Source: Myxococcales bacterium (lineage in GTDB: Bacteria; Myxococcota_A; Polyangia; Polyangiales; DASUME01). From it: a DNA stretch of 64,000 nt. The stretch's first letter is position 1. Every line of letters starts with the position of its first letter. Below are positions 28,652 through 44,153 of the stretch, in pieces. Where the stretch lies: positions 928,001 through 992,000 of the forward strand of contig JASGJH010000001.1 of assembly GCA_047601445.1 (NCBI GenBank), in the 5' to 3' direction. Position numbers and translations under genes: made by a program. Under the pieces are notes generated by a model. The model had not been told where the DNA came from, made no database searches, and was given only the letters and a program-made list of their open reading frames with translations.

Positions 28652-29374
28652 ATGTATTTGGCTGTTGGTCGTGCATGTTCCGCTAGCTCGCTGATCGCAT
28701 GGGTCGTGATGGGCAGTGCCTGCGCAGGAGATGGTAAGCACGCCCACGAGAGCCCGCACGATAATGACTCGAGTGACGAAGCAGGCATAGGCAGCGATGC
28801 GGGCGAAGAGCCGGCGGAGGTCGATGCCGCGCCGAGCGGCGCCGACGCCGGTGGTGATGTTGAAGACGCCGCCGCCTCTGAAGACGCGGGCGACGAAGAT
28901 GCGGGAGAGGAAGCGCGGCTGTCACCGTGCAGCGTCTGCACGACCTGCGAACATGCGGTGCCGTTGCCGGCCACGGCGAATCACATCGAGGGCAATATCG
29001 ATTACACCGACCCGCCTCCCGCAGGTGGAGATCACAACCCGTGTTGGTTGAACTTTGGCGTCTATGATCAGGAAAGGCCTGATGAACGCTGGGTTCACAA
29101 CCTCGAGCACGGAGGCGTGGTTTTCCTTTACCACTGCCCCAAGGGATGCCCGGCAGAGCTCGCCGAATTGAAGAAACTCACGGTCGGCAAGGAACAGGTG
29201 TTGCTCACACCCTACGCCGCGCTGCCCACCAAGTTCGCTGCTGTTTCTTGGGGCTATCGTTTGCTCACGAACTGCTTCAACACCAAGCAGTTCGCGGGCT
29301 TCTACGCCACCCACGTCGACCACGGACCCGAGTCGATCAAGTACGGACCACCCTCCGCCTACTGTCCTCCGTGA
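28652..29374 (+). CDS. DUF3105-like lipoprotein
   Basis: Lipobox-like GSAC, acidic linker, Y..PPP.GG.H, VHNLEHGGV, A.SWG. Confidence 0.8.
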   Translation: MYLAVGRACSASSLIAWVVMGSACAGDGKHAHESPHDNDSSDEAGIGSDAGEEPAEVDAAPSGADAGGDVEDAAASEDAGDEDAGEEARLSPCSVCTTCEHAVPLPATANHIEGNIDYTDPPPAGGDHNPCWLNFGVYDQERPDERWVHNLEHGGVVFLYHCPKGCPAELAELKKLTVGKEQVLLTPYAALPTKFAAVSWGYRLLTNCFNTKQFAGFYATHVDHGPESIKYGPPSAYCPP

Positions 29375-29539
29375 TTCGTGCGCGCTGGACGTCACGGTGA
29401 CAGCAGTTCGAAACGCAAATGTGTGTTCTGCTTACTAGTCGGTGATGTCTCTCAAAAATAGCGCTTTTCGACGCATTCGATGCATTGCGCAAAGCGCGAA
29501 AAAAAGACGATATTGCGCCCAGAGAAATTCCGCGCGCAC

Positions 29540-30040
29540 ATGAGTTCCGACGACATCACGACTTACGACGAGTATTCACGCTTCGTTCGCCACGCCATGG
29601 AACATCTCGAACAGCAGCAGCACCGCATCCGCCGTGCGCTGCGTGATCGCGATCGTCACGTTCTGCGGCGCTGCGGACGAGCCCTTACCTTGCAGATGCG
29701 AGGCTTCCCGATCCTTTCCTCCGCGGTGGTGCTCGCCGGTCGCTACGACCACGAGCGCTCGCTGTGGCGTTGGGGATGGACGGACCGCGAGACCGGCACC
29801 GAACTCGCGCACGCCCTCGAGGACGTGCGCGCCGTCGGCGAATCGCGGGGCTTTCATCAGCTCACCCGCGACAGCTGGACTGCGCGTCGTGACGAGGCCT
29901 GGCAGATGGTCTCCATCGCCACCTTGTTGCTCGACGGTCGCGGCGCGTACACCATCGAAGACGGTTTCGTGCACAGCTACTACGTGCTGCTCGATCCGAT
30001 GACCTTCGAGAGCTCACCGCCCGACAGCGGCGAGTGGTGA
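29540..30040 (+). CDS. hypothetical protein (DUF6882-like)
   Basis: G.Y......W.WGW and VR..GE..G...LT motifs. Confidence 0.6.
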   Translation: MSSDDITTYDEYSRFVRHAMEHLEQQQHRIRRALRDRDRHVLRRCGRALTLQMRGFPILSSAVVLAGRYDHERSLWRWGWTDRETGTELAHALEDVRAVGESRGFHQLTRDSWTARRDEAWQMVSIATLLLDGRGAYTIEDGFVHSYYVLLDPMTFESSPPDSGEW

Positions 30041-30044
30041 ACGC

Positions 30045-30830
30045 TCAAGGCAGCGCGAACAAGAGGCCGATCACGGCCGCTTTGCCGGTGCGACTGACCC
30101 ACGGCGCCCAGCGCGAGTCGGGGCGGAAGTAGCGGTAGGTGTCCATCACTGCCGGGACCAGCAGCATCGACGCGTAGTAGGCGGGATGGAAGCCGATCAG
30201 GCGTGCGCTGCTCGAGAGGTCGCCCTGCGGATTCTCGATGCCCGTAAGCGCGGCCGTCGCATAGCCCACCGAGAGCAGCACGTTGAACGCCAGCAAGCCC
30301 TTGCGGAACGGCGCCACGCGATAGCGCAGGTCGGGCGTGCGCGTGAGCAGGATCTCGTCGGTGAGATGCTGCACGTTGTAGCCCGCGGACGTGATCGCGA
30401 ACTTGCCTCGCGGGCCTGACCAGAACTCCGATCCGTCGTGCTTGTAGCAGCGGGCGTCCTCGCAGTAGATGCGCGGCGCGATCGTGAAGAAGGGGATGAA
30501 CCCGAAGCCCAGGATGCCCTGAAACTGCGGCACGTTTCCCTGCACAAGATTGGCGAACACGTGCCCGGCCTCGTGCAAGAAGAAGCCCGAAATCGCGCCG
30601 GCCGCGAACCAGCCGAACGAGCGCCCATCGTGCACGTCGCTCCAGGTGGCGTTGGGGTCGCGCTTGATCCTCAGGTCCACGGGGACTTCGTCGCGCTCGT
30701 GGCGGATGGTCACTTCCTGGGCGCGGGCAGTGAGAGCCGGCAGCGACGACGAAGTGAGGGCGGTGAGCCAGAGCAAAAGGCCAAGCAGACGAGGGGACAC
30801 AGGGCCCCAATGGTAGTGCCCAGCCCCCAT
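30045..30830 (-). CDS. membrane protein with HExxH motif (M50-like metalloprotease candidate)
   Basis: Signal peptide, FFLHEAGH in a hydrophobic segment, downstream AG and GD motifs. Start uncertain (30830, 30845 or 30881). Confidence 0.65.
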   Translation of the reverse strand: MGAGHYHWGPVSPRLLGLLLWLTALTSSSLPALTARAQEVTIRHERDEVPVDLRIKRDPNATWSDVHDGRSFGWFAAGAISGFFLHEAGHVFANLVQGNVPQFQGILGFGFIPFFTIAPRIYCEDARCYKHDGSEFWSGPRGKFAITSAGYNVQHLTDEILLTRTPDLRYRVAPFRKGLLAFNVLLSVGYATAALTGIENPQGDLSSSARLIGFHPAYYASMLLVPAVMDTYRYFRPDSRWAPWVSRTGKAAVIGLLFALP

Positions 30831-30987
30831 GCGCGTCGAATCCATGTCGGGATCGGACCGAGGATGTTTCGAGTGCGGCATCGGTCCGCGTTTACATTGA
30901 AAATCGAGGCCCTCCCGCTTAAGTCCCATCCATTCCCCGCAGGATGAAGCGCGCTGCAGACGCGGGGGTGGAAAGAGCATCGGCGAG

Positions 30988-31632
30988 ATGGACGAAGCGA
31001 ATGCGCTCTTGGTCCTGGTGGGCAGTCCCCGGCGCAACGGAAACTCGGCGGCGCTGGCCGGCGCTCTCGAGCGGGGCGCACGGGCAGCCGGCCACAGCGT
31101 GACGCTTGCCTTCGTGGACGATTACGTGACGAGCTTCCTGCGCGACTGTCGCAGCTGTCGGCGCGAGGATGGCGCCTGCCGCATCGAGGATGGCTTCGCG
31201 TCCCTGTTTTTCGAGCACTACCTGCCGGCGAAGGCCGTGGTGTTTGCGTCGCCCGTGTACTGGTATGGCCTTTCGGGGCAGCTCAAGACCTTCCTCGATC
31301 GCACGTTCTGCTACTACGCGGCATCCCACCCGCGCTCGGCCGAAGTCGTGGAGCGCATGTCGAACAAGCGCATCGGTCTCTTGCTTTCGTCGGAGGAGAC
31401 CTATCCCGGCGCGAGCCTAGGCATCGTGCATCAAGTCCAGGAGTTCGCGCGCTACACGCGCTCCAAGTTCGCGGGGATCGTGCGCGGGGTTGGCAATCGT
31501 CGAGGCGAGGTCGCGGACGATCCGGGAGCGCCTCTCGAGGCCGCCGAGCGCATGGGGCGCGAGCTATTCGAGCGAACCTACTCCGACTATCACATCGACA
31601 CGCCGCGTCGCGGACGGGTGTGGGGCGATTGA
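30988..31632 (+). CDS. flavodoxin-fold NADPH-dependent FMN reductase / iron-sulfur flavoprotein family
   Basis: GSPRRNGNS, C..C.....C, ASPVYWYG.SGQLK.F.DR. Confidence 0.9.
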   Translation: MDEANALLVLVGSPRRNGNSAALAGALERGARAAGHSVTLAFVDDYVTSFLRDCRSCRREDGACRIEDGFASLFFEHYLPAKAVVFASPVYWYGLSGQLKTFLDRTFCYYAASHPRSAEVVERMSNKRIGLLLSSEETYPGASLGIVHQVQEFARYTRSKFAGIVRGVGNRRGEVADDPGAPLEAAERMGRELFERTYSDYHIDTPRRGRVWGD

Positions 31633-31679
31633 GGGCCGCTTCGCGGACCTCCGCGACGTGTTGGAGGGGCGCATCGACG

Positions 31680-32479
31680 ATGGACCCGGACTTTCGCGGA
31701 CGACTCACCTGGGGAGATCTCGGCGAAGACGTGACGGCCAATTCGGACACGTCGATCGCCAAACCATGCCTGAGCATGCGGGCGTCAACGCAGGCATCGA
31801 CGGCCGCGACCGTTCCCACGAGTGGCGCAATCCTTACGTCGACAACAAGGTGGACCTGACCATCTGGCGCCAGTTCGATCGCACCCAGCACAATCAGCCT
31901 GCGAGACAGCGTGGCGCACCTTCCGGCGGCGGCGTTTGCAGCTGCGGGGGATGCGGGTGAGCTCCTCGACGCCATCGATGCGCTGGCGGCGGCCGTGGAG
32001 CAGGGCGACACGGACGCGGCGCGCAAAGGGCTCAGCGAGGACGTCGTGCCGCGGCTGGAGCAGCTGGGGGCGTCGTCCCGAGAGGGTTGTCTGGTGGTAG
32101 CGGGCGATCTCGAGGCGGTGCTGTGAGCCGGGCCAGCGAGCGCCAGAGGGCTGTCGGGGACGCCGAGGCGCGGTGGGCCCAGGGCAGGCGCGGGGAGGCC
32201 GGCAGGGCGTTGTACGAGTCACTGCCCATGACCACGCGACCGCTCCGGGCACTTTCAACGCGACTGGCTTGCCAGCGCCTTGTGACCACAGCTCCGGGTG
32301 GCGGCTCGCCGAGGCAGGGTGGCCAGTGGGGATTGGTCGAACGCCCTGGCTTGCGAGCGCGGCTCTGGAGGGCGCTGTTTGCGAAGAACCTGGTGCTCGG
32401 GTCGACGATGTCCGGGCCAGAGGCCCAGGGGGCCCTGCGGACGGACTGGCTGCGTGCGCGGGTCTTCGGCGATCTCTGA
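31680..32479 (+). pseudogene. decayed coding remnants (probably two coupled genes)
   Basis: Protein-like segments switch frame near 31900. A GTGA stop/start overlap at 32123-32126 leads into a second ORF that loses coding character. Confidence 0.35.
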
Positions 32480-32707
32480 GGTCGGAGGTGTGAAGGCGTG
32501 ACGGTCTGCGCGATCGCGCAGCCGGTGCTGAGCAGAGATCGCGGACGCGCACGACGACGAGGACGACGCCCTGGTTCCCGTCCTCGCCCTCGTTTCGGTC
32601 GCCGTGGACCGCGGAGGCTTAAAAGCCGAAAGCTCCTGCCGCCGCGAGGGATGGCAAGAGCTCTTGGTGCATTCGGATTAGGCCCAGACTTCCGAGTGCT
32701 TTAGTAG

Positions 32708-32780
32708 CGTCCCCAGAGGGATTCGAACCCTCGTCGTCGCCGTGAAAGGGCGATGTCCTGGGCCTCTAGACGATGGGGAC
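32708..32780 (-). tRNA. tRNA-Glu(TTC)
   Basis: GTCCCCATCGTCTAGAGGCCCAGGACATCGCCCTTTCACGGCGACGACGAGGGTTCGAATCCCTCTGGGGACG folds as a cloverleaf. CCA not encoded (CTA follows). Confidence 0.97.
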
Positions 32781-32801
32781 CTTCAGGACTTTGCGTTTAA
32801 G

Positions 32802-32874
32802 TGGGCCGTACAGGGATCGAACCTGTGACCGTCTGGTTAAAAGCCAGCTGCTCTACCGGCTGAGCTAACGGCCC
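32802..32874 (-). tRNA. tRNA-Lys(TTT)
   Basis: GGGCCGTTAGCTCAGCCGGTAGAGCAGCTGGCTTTTAACCAGACGGTCACAGGTTCGATCCCTGTACGGCCCA. CCA not encoded; G27-A43 mismatch. Confidence 0.97.
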
Positions 32875-32900
32875 CTGTTTGGCCCGCTTAAGGCCCGCCG

Positions 32901-32928
32901 TTCCTAGCATTCCGAGCGGGGGCGTCAA
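32901..32928 (-). promoter_or_regulatory. sigma-70 promoter of the tRNA pair
   Basis: TTGACG-N16-TAGGAA with an extended -10 TG, about 27 nt upstream of tRNA-Lys. Confidence 0.6.
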
Positions 32929-33322
32929 GAAATCCCCTGGCGACGCAACCCTTCGACACCCGTGCCCAAATGTCCTGAAGGTGTTGCCGTAGGCACACGC
33001 ACCTGTGTTTGACGCGCGTCAGGGTTGCGATCGGACAGCGTCCCAAGCTCGGAGGAGTCGCCAGCTCCTGATTGGCGATCACTCTTACAAACTAGGAGCG
33101 AGAAGCCTTCGTTCCACGTGTTTTCTGGGCTTGACGCCGCGCGTCAAACTCCGGTATTTGGAAAACCAATAGACGTCCACATGTCGGTAGGGGTATTCAG
33201 CAGTTCAAGCGGCACGCACCTTGCTGAAGCTTCCCGACAATCGGCACGAACCTCTACTTAGTTTGGAACTTAATCAGGCTCGCAGCGTTGCGATCCCGGG
33301 CTCGGAAATGAGGCACCAACCC

Positions 33323-33820
33323 ATGGCCACCAGCGCACAAGTCGCAATCATCCTGGCGCAAGCCGGAGTCGATGTAGACGCAGCCGCTTGCGTGGACCAG
33401 CTGCGCCTCGACGTTCCCAACACGGTGGTCATCCAGCAGCAGGTGGGAGAGAGCGTCTCCGCCCTGGGACAGCGCGTGCGCGGTCGTATCGCCCAGCTCG
33501 CCAACCAGAACTTCCGCCTGCACAGCGCCACGTTCCTCGCCCAGCGAGGCTTCGGGCTGGGCGACGTGTTGGCCACCGCGGATCTGCTGCGCGTGCTCAT
33601 CAGCAGCATGCTCGCCCTGGGAGCGGGTCAGGTGTGCCTGCAGCCCGAGACCTACGACCCCCATGCTCACGTGGCCTTGCGGGCCCTCGCGGACGCGCTG
33701 AGCGACCAGGTGCGGGGGACGGGCATCGAGATCGTCAGCCGGGCTGGTAGCCGCCCTTCGGTGCGTCCCCCCATGGCGAGCGAAGTGCCGCCGGCGCTCT
33801 CCGAAGCCGCCGTCGCCTGA
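33323..33820 (+). CDS. hypothetical protein
   Basis: Alpha/beta-like ORF with typical high-GC codon usage. Start 33308 or 33323. Confidence 0.65.
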   Translation: MATSAQVAIILAQAGVDVDAAACVDQLRLDVPNTVVIQQQVGESVSALGQRVRGRIAQLANQNFRLHSATFLAQRGFGLGDVLATADLLRVLISSMLALGAGQVCLQPETYDPHAHVALRALADALSDQVRGTGIEIVSRAGSRPSVRPPMASEVPPALSEAAVA

Positions 33821-34013
33821 ACGCTCACTGCGCGATGCTCGGTCGCTCGAGCCCGCGCTGCGCGATGCCCTTGCCGTCCTGAACCAGGACGGATCCTTGG
33901 GCCCCCTGGCGTCCCGTTCTGCGCACGCACGGCAAACGAGACAAAGGCCCGCCTTCGGGGCCGTGCCCTGCGTGCTACAAGCAGCCCCCGGCCCTTTGCG
34001 GCCCGACGAACCC

Positions 34014-35601
<1,588 letters not shown>

Positions 35602-35729
35602 GGCCGTCTGACGCGGCGCGGCAAGAGTGCGTGTCCTGCCCATGACGCACGTTTCGCCGCTTTTGACGACGGGCTAGGCTGGGGCCAGCCACGCAAGAGT
35701 CGGCAGGATCGGCTCTCGGAGGACAGCTC

Positions 35730-36710
35730 ATGCGAAACGCCACGCTCAAAGCCCTTTTCCTCGGCCTCTGGCTCACGGCTGGATGTCAGCTCCTGGTGGA
35801 CCCCGACCCGAAGGAGATCGGGCAAACGGGCGCGGTCGCCGACGCGTGCAAGGACCTCACGTGCAAAGAGGGCACGCACTGCGCGCTGACTCAGGTGCAG
35901 TGCGTCAAGGAGCCGTGCGACCCCGTGGCTCAGTGCATTTCGGACGACCTCGGACCGAAGCCGGTCGGGGATGGCGATCAAGACGACGCCAGCGCGAGCG
36001 GGCAAGCCTGCGGTAAGGCCACCTGTGCCGAAGGGACCGTCTGTTGCAACGCCAGCTGCGGCATCTGCACGAAGCCCGGTCAGGTCTGTACGCAAGTGGC
36101 GTGTGGTGACGAGCCTGCCAAGCCCACCTGCGCGGCCACGACCTGTCCCACCGGCACCGACTGCGTGGAGGGGCCGAACGGGGCCGAGTGCAAGAAGCCC
36201 GAGGCCACGAGCTGCGCCACGGTGCTCTGCGCGCCGAACACCTACTGCGATGACATCGCTGGCCAGGCCAAGTGCATCCCGTTGCCGAGCTGCGAGGGGA
36301 CGAGCTGCGAGAAGGGCACGCACTGCGAGCTCAACCAGGTGACGTGCATCCGCGCGCCCTGTCCGCCGCAGCCCACCTGCGTGGTCGATGAGGACCCCTG
36401 CGCCCTCGCGGACTGCGCGAGTGGAAGCGCCTGCACGGTGGTCGACGGCAAGGCCGTCTGCCAGTCCGAGTGTCAGAACCCGTGCCTCACCGCCAAGTGC
36501 AACAAGAGCACGCACTGCGAGGCCAAGGAGGTTCAGTGCATCAAGGCTCCCTGCTGCCCCGTGGCCGCGTGCGTATCCAACACCGGGCCGAGCAAGGCTT
36601 GCGGTGACAACACGTGTTCCGCGGGTACCTATTGCTGCAACGAGAGCTGCGGCACGTGCGCGCCCATCGGCGGTGCCTGCACGCAGCAGATTTGCAGCCG
36701 GCAGAACTGA
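35730..36710 (+). CDS. cysteine-rich repeat lipoprotein
   Basis: Lipobox LTAGC, eight Cys modules of three types, SD GGAGGA. Confidence 0.85.
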   Translation: MRNATLKALFLGLWLTAGCQLLVDPDPKEIGQTGAVADACKDLTCKEGTHCALTQVQCVKEPCDPVAQCISDDLGPKPVGDGDQDDASASGQACGKATCAEGTVCCNASCGICTKPGQVCTQVACGDEPAKPTCAATTCPTGTDCVEGPNGAECKKPEATSCATVLCAPNTYCDDIAGQAKCIPLPSCEGTSCEKGTHCELNQVTCIRAPCPPQPTCVVDEDPCALADCASGSACTVVDGKAVCQSECQNPCLTAKCNKSTHCEAKEVQCIKAPCCPVAACVSNTGPSKACGDNTCSAGTYCCNESCGTCAPIGGACTQQICSRQN

Positions 36711-36743
36711 CTTTTGCCGCGTTGCTGGTACAGCGGGGCGAAC

Positions 36744-37361
36744 ATGACTCACATTCCGGGAAAGCTGGCGTTTGGGCTGTGCGCGGTGATGGGTGCTCTC
36801 ACGGGCTGTCACAAGTCGACGGCGCCGGCCGCCACGCCCGCGGGCGAAGCGACGCAAGGAGTCGAGGATGCGGGCCCGCCCGAGGGACCGGCCTGCGGCA
36901 AGCTCAACTGTGCGCCGGGGGAGGTCTGCTGCAACGCGAGCTGCAGCATCTGCACGCCGCCCGATGGCATGTGCACGCAGCAGATCTGTGAGGAGGACGC
37001 GCCGAGCGCGGTACCGGGTGGCCAGGGTGGCAACTCGCCAGCCCCCGGGGAAACGCCACCCGCCAGCGGTGCCGTGAACGGCGAGCCGGTGGACGAGAGC
37101 AAGCCGAGTTGTGCCAACGTGCGCTGCGCGGCGGGCACCCATTGCGAGATGGTGCAGGTGCAGTGCGTCCGCGCTCCCTGTGATCCGCAGCCCCAGTGTC
37201 GGCCGGACACGGCGCCAACGCAGGGCGGCGCGGGCGTAAGCTGCGGCAAGAACACGTGTGCGCCCGGGCAGACCTGCTGCAACGCGAGCTGCGGTATCTG
37301 CACCGACCCGGGAAAGGGCTGCATCAAGATGTTCTGCCAGGACGGGCAGCTCCCGCACTGA
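36744..37361 (+). CDS. cysteine-rich repeat lipoprotein sharing modules with the upstream gene
   Basis: Lipobox LTGC; two CG...C..G..CCNASC modules flank one VQCVRAPC module. Confidence 0.85.
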   Translation: MTHIPGKLAFGLCAVMGALTGCHKSTAPAATPAGEATQGVEDAGPPEGPACGKLNCAPGEVCCNASCSICTPPDGMCTQQICEEDAPSAVPGGQGGNSPAPGETPPASGAVNGEPVDESKPSCANVRCAAGTHCEMVQVQCVRAPCDPQPQCRPDTAPTQGGAGVSCGKNTCAPGQTCCNASCGICTDPGKGCIKMFCQDGQLPH

Positions 37362-37399
37362 AGCAGCTCGCCGTCAGGGGCCGCTCAATCCGATGAGGC

Positions 37400-38949
37400 T
37401 TACCTGAGCTGCTCGATGGTGCCGCACACCGAAAGCAGCTGGGCCCGCGCGATGTCGTAGTCGCGTGAGGCTTCGATGCGGCTGCGCCGCGCGTTCTGCT
37501 CGAGCTCCTCGGCGTCGAGCAACTCGAGCAAGGTGCTCACGCCCGCGCGGTAGCGCTCGTTTTGCGCCTGACGCGTGGTGGTGGCGGCGGCCAATGTCTC
37601 GGTGGCCCGGTCGAGCTGCGCCTTGGCGATTTGGGCTCCATAGAGAGCCTCGGCGACCTGGGCCTTGAGCTGCAGTAAGGTGGTCTCGAAGACCTTCTGG
37701 GCCTCGATCACCGCGGCGCTCGTGACCTTGGCGCGTCGCCACACGCCGACATCGAGGGCCGACCAGCGCATGTACAAGAAGGCACTGCCGTTGATCTGAC
37801 CGCCGTCGATGCCTTTGCCCTCTTTCACGTCGGTGTACGAGAGCGACCCGGTGCCGCTCGCACCGAACACGGGCAAGCGCATGCCCACCGCGGAGCGATG
37901 GTTGGCTTGGCTCGCGGCAACCGCGGACTCCGCCTGCTTCACCTCGGGTCGATGGCCGACCGCGAGCTCGGTGGCATCTCTGAGCGTATTGGGCGCCACG
38001 AACGGATCATGCTCGAGCACCACGGGTTGCATCGGGGAGGCTGGATCTTCACCCAACGCGGAGGCCAGCGAGGCCATCGCCGCCTGGTGTTCGATGGTGC
38101 GGATGTCCAGCATGTGCCGGGCGGCCACCGCCTCGATCTCGGCTCGCTGCGCGTCCACTGCAGGCCGCACGCCCGCGCGCACGAGAGCTGCGATGGACTT
38201 CAGCTGGTCGGTGCGTCGCTCGGAGGAGAGCCGTGCGTCGTCGATCAGGAGCTGCGCCGAGAGTCCACGGACGTAGAGTTGGACGGCGGCCTGAATGGCG
38301 GTGCGTTGCGCACTGGCGGCGGCAAAAGCCTGCTGCTGCTTCTGAGCACTGGCGGAGTCGATCGCGCCACCGCGCGAGAAGTCGACCAGCGTCCAATCGA
38401 CGGTCGCGTTGCCCACGGCGTTCAGCGAGGAGTTTTTGACGCGGATGTTGCGCGTGCTCTCCTGGATGTTCTTCGGATCGCCGGACTGATTCAGGTAGTT
38501 GGCGAAGGTCTCGAGGTTTTGAACTCGATCCTGGAGCGTCAGGCTGCCGCCTGTGGGGGCCTCGATGAACGACGGCGCCATCAACGTGGAGGTCTGCTCG
38601 GTGATCAAGTACGGATAGTTGTTGTACAGGTAGCCAGCCTGCGCGCCGACGCTCACGCGCGGCAGGTAGGCCGCCTTGGCCATATGCTCCTGCGCCTGGA
38701 AGCGTTGCAGCGTGGCCAGCGCGGCCAGCACCGCGGGCGGATTGGTCCGTGCGCGCGCGATCACCTCGGCCAACGTCACCGGGCGGCCCTTGGGCAGCGG
38801 ACGCTCGGCGGGTGTTTCCTCGACCGTTGGCTCCGGCTCCTGAGCGTGCGAGCTAGCCGGGGCCACCAAGGCCGAGCAGGACAACAGCGAGGTCACGAAC
38901 CCCGCGTGGGTCCGGGAGAGCGCGCGCCGACGCGCGCGAGCCAACGCTT

Positions 38950-38953
<4 letters not shown>
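37400..38953 (-). CDS. TolC family outer membrane efflux protein
   Basis: AAYLPRVS, HRPEVK, RYRAGVSTLLELLDA; ATGA overlap with the dnaE stop. Confidence 0.9.
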
Positions 38954-42558
<3,605 letters not shown>

Positions 42559-42876
42559 CGGTTCAGAGGTCTCCCGCGCGGAGGCCCATGGTGCACCGGC
42601 GTCCCCCCGGCTTCAATGCGAAGCTACAGCACCGGCCAGGGACGTCGGTGCCGGCGGGAAGGTTCGCGGCCAAGGGGGTGAGCAGGCGCTTCACGGAGCG
42701 AGCGGGCCCTGCAAATCGAGCTTAGTTGCTAGGGGTAGGGGCCCATGCTAACTACCGCGGCCCAAACGCGGACCACCAGTCCGTGGGGCACACACGGTTC
42801 TCGCGCGCTCACGGCGCGCTGCTCAGAGAAGGCTCGCGCGCCTACAGCGCGCTTGGACACAGGTTTGGAGAACGTC

Positions 42877-43215
42877 ATGACCACGAAGTCGCCGCTCGCC
42901 CTCGTCAAAGAGCGCTTTCAGGACAAGGAAGGCCTCCTGAAGGCCGTGAAGGAACTGGCCACGGAAGACCTGTGGGCCGACCGCGTCGACGGGGACAAGG
43001 GCCTCGACTGCGTCTCGAACAAGAAGCTGCTGCGCCTCCACAGCGTGCTCAGCGAGGTAAAGAAGAGCTTCGGCAGCCGCGCCAAGCTCATCGACGCCAT
43101 CGCGACCCAGGAGAAGCGCACCAAGGACGAGGGCTACAAGGCCCGCCTCGCTCGCTTCAGCACGCCCCGCCTGTTCGACGAATACAAGGCCGGAAAGAAG
43201 CGCGCCGCCAACTGA
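42877..43215 (+). CDS. small basic hypothetical protein
   Basis: SD GGAG, Lys-rich helical 112-aa ORF with strong codon bias. Confidence 0.8.
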   Translation: MTTKSPLALVKERFQDKEGLLKAVKELATEDLWADRVDGDKGLDCVSNKKLLRLHSVLSEVKKSFGSRAKLIDAIATQEKRTKDEGYKARLARFSTPRLFDEYKAGKKRAAN

Positions 43216-43353
43216 GCGCCGCTGCCTTTCTGCAGTGAGCAGCGCTGCCGACCTCGCGGCCGGCGGCGTTTCTTCATTTAGGGCTCGTGAGGAGAGGCGC
43301 GAAAGTGTTCCAGGGACGCCGGCACCCAGGGGGGCGCCGCGAGCCCCGAAGGC

Positions 43354-44022
43354 TCACTCCTCTTGGGCCCACTTCACCGGCTTGAACCAGCGCACGATGA
43401 AGTAAGCATCGAGCAGCACGAAGCCCAAGCAGAACAGGCCCACCAGCCACGTCCATAGATAGGCGCTCGGCTGTTCGTCCACCAGCAGCATGAAGGACTC
43501 GCCCGTGACGGGGAGACCCGCATCTTCCTGCATGCTCTTGGCGAGATCGGCGTAGCGACCCCCGAGATCTTCGAAGCTCACCAGGCGCCCGCTGAACTCC
43601 GAACGCACGAAGCTCTCGCCCCCGTGCTCCTCGATCTGCACGTAGACCTGGCGCTGACCGGACAGCGGAAACACTCGGTACTGCGTGCCGAGCCCACGCG
43701 AGAAGCGCACCGCTCGCGCCACGGTTGGAATGCCTTCCAAGTGCACGTAGCTATTGGACTCGAGGCTGCTCAGATCGAGCTGCCGGGCATCCCCGAGATC
43801 GCGCGGCTGGGTGCGAGCCAGCGCGTAGCTCATGTCGCCGAACAGCGAGACCACCAGGGCCAAGGCGGCTACCACGGCCGCTGCCATCACGGTCACGGTC
43901 ACCACGCGTTGGGTCTGCGGCGGCGCATTCAGCGCGACCAACTCCTGATCGAGCTCCGCCCCCCCGCCTTCGGAGGGGGTAGAACCGAGATCCGCTGGCG
44001 CTGTTCGACCTGCGTGGCTCAC
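43354..44022 (-). CDS. hypothetical membrane protein (2 TM)
   Basis: Two hydrophobic helices flanking a beta-rich periplasmic region. Confidence 0.75.
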   Translation of the reverse strand: MSHAGRTAPADLGSTPSEGGGAELDQELVALNAPPQTQRVVTVTVMAAAVVAALALVVSLFGDMSYALARTQPRDLGDARQLDLSSLESNSYVHLEGIPTVARAVRFSRGLGTQYRVFPLSGQRQVYVQIEEHGGESFVRSEFSGRLVSFEDLGGRYADLAKSMQEDAGLPVTGESFMLLVDEQPSAYLWTWLVGLFCLGFVLLDAYFIVRWFKPVKWAQEE

Positions 44023-44153
44023 CGTACTTCTGACAACCTCGCTGCCGTCAGGTTCTCAGATTTTCACTAGAAATGTGTGAGCCGTGTCCGGTGGGTTCAG
44101 GCCAGGCGCCCCGCCTGAGCGCGGAGGATATGCCCAGCTCCTGGAGCAGTGAC

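Noticed and set aside
28652..32700. Genomic island or prophage integrated at tRNA-Glu
   Set aside because: No integrase, phage genes or duplicated tRNA 3' end seen by eye.
35730..37361. Multiheme cytochromes or RiPP precursors
   Set aside because: No CxxCH motifs and no modifying enzymes nearby; lipoboxes indicate exported disulfide-rich proteins.
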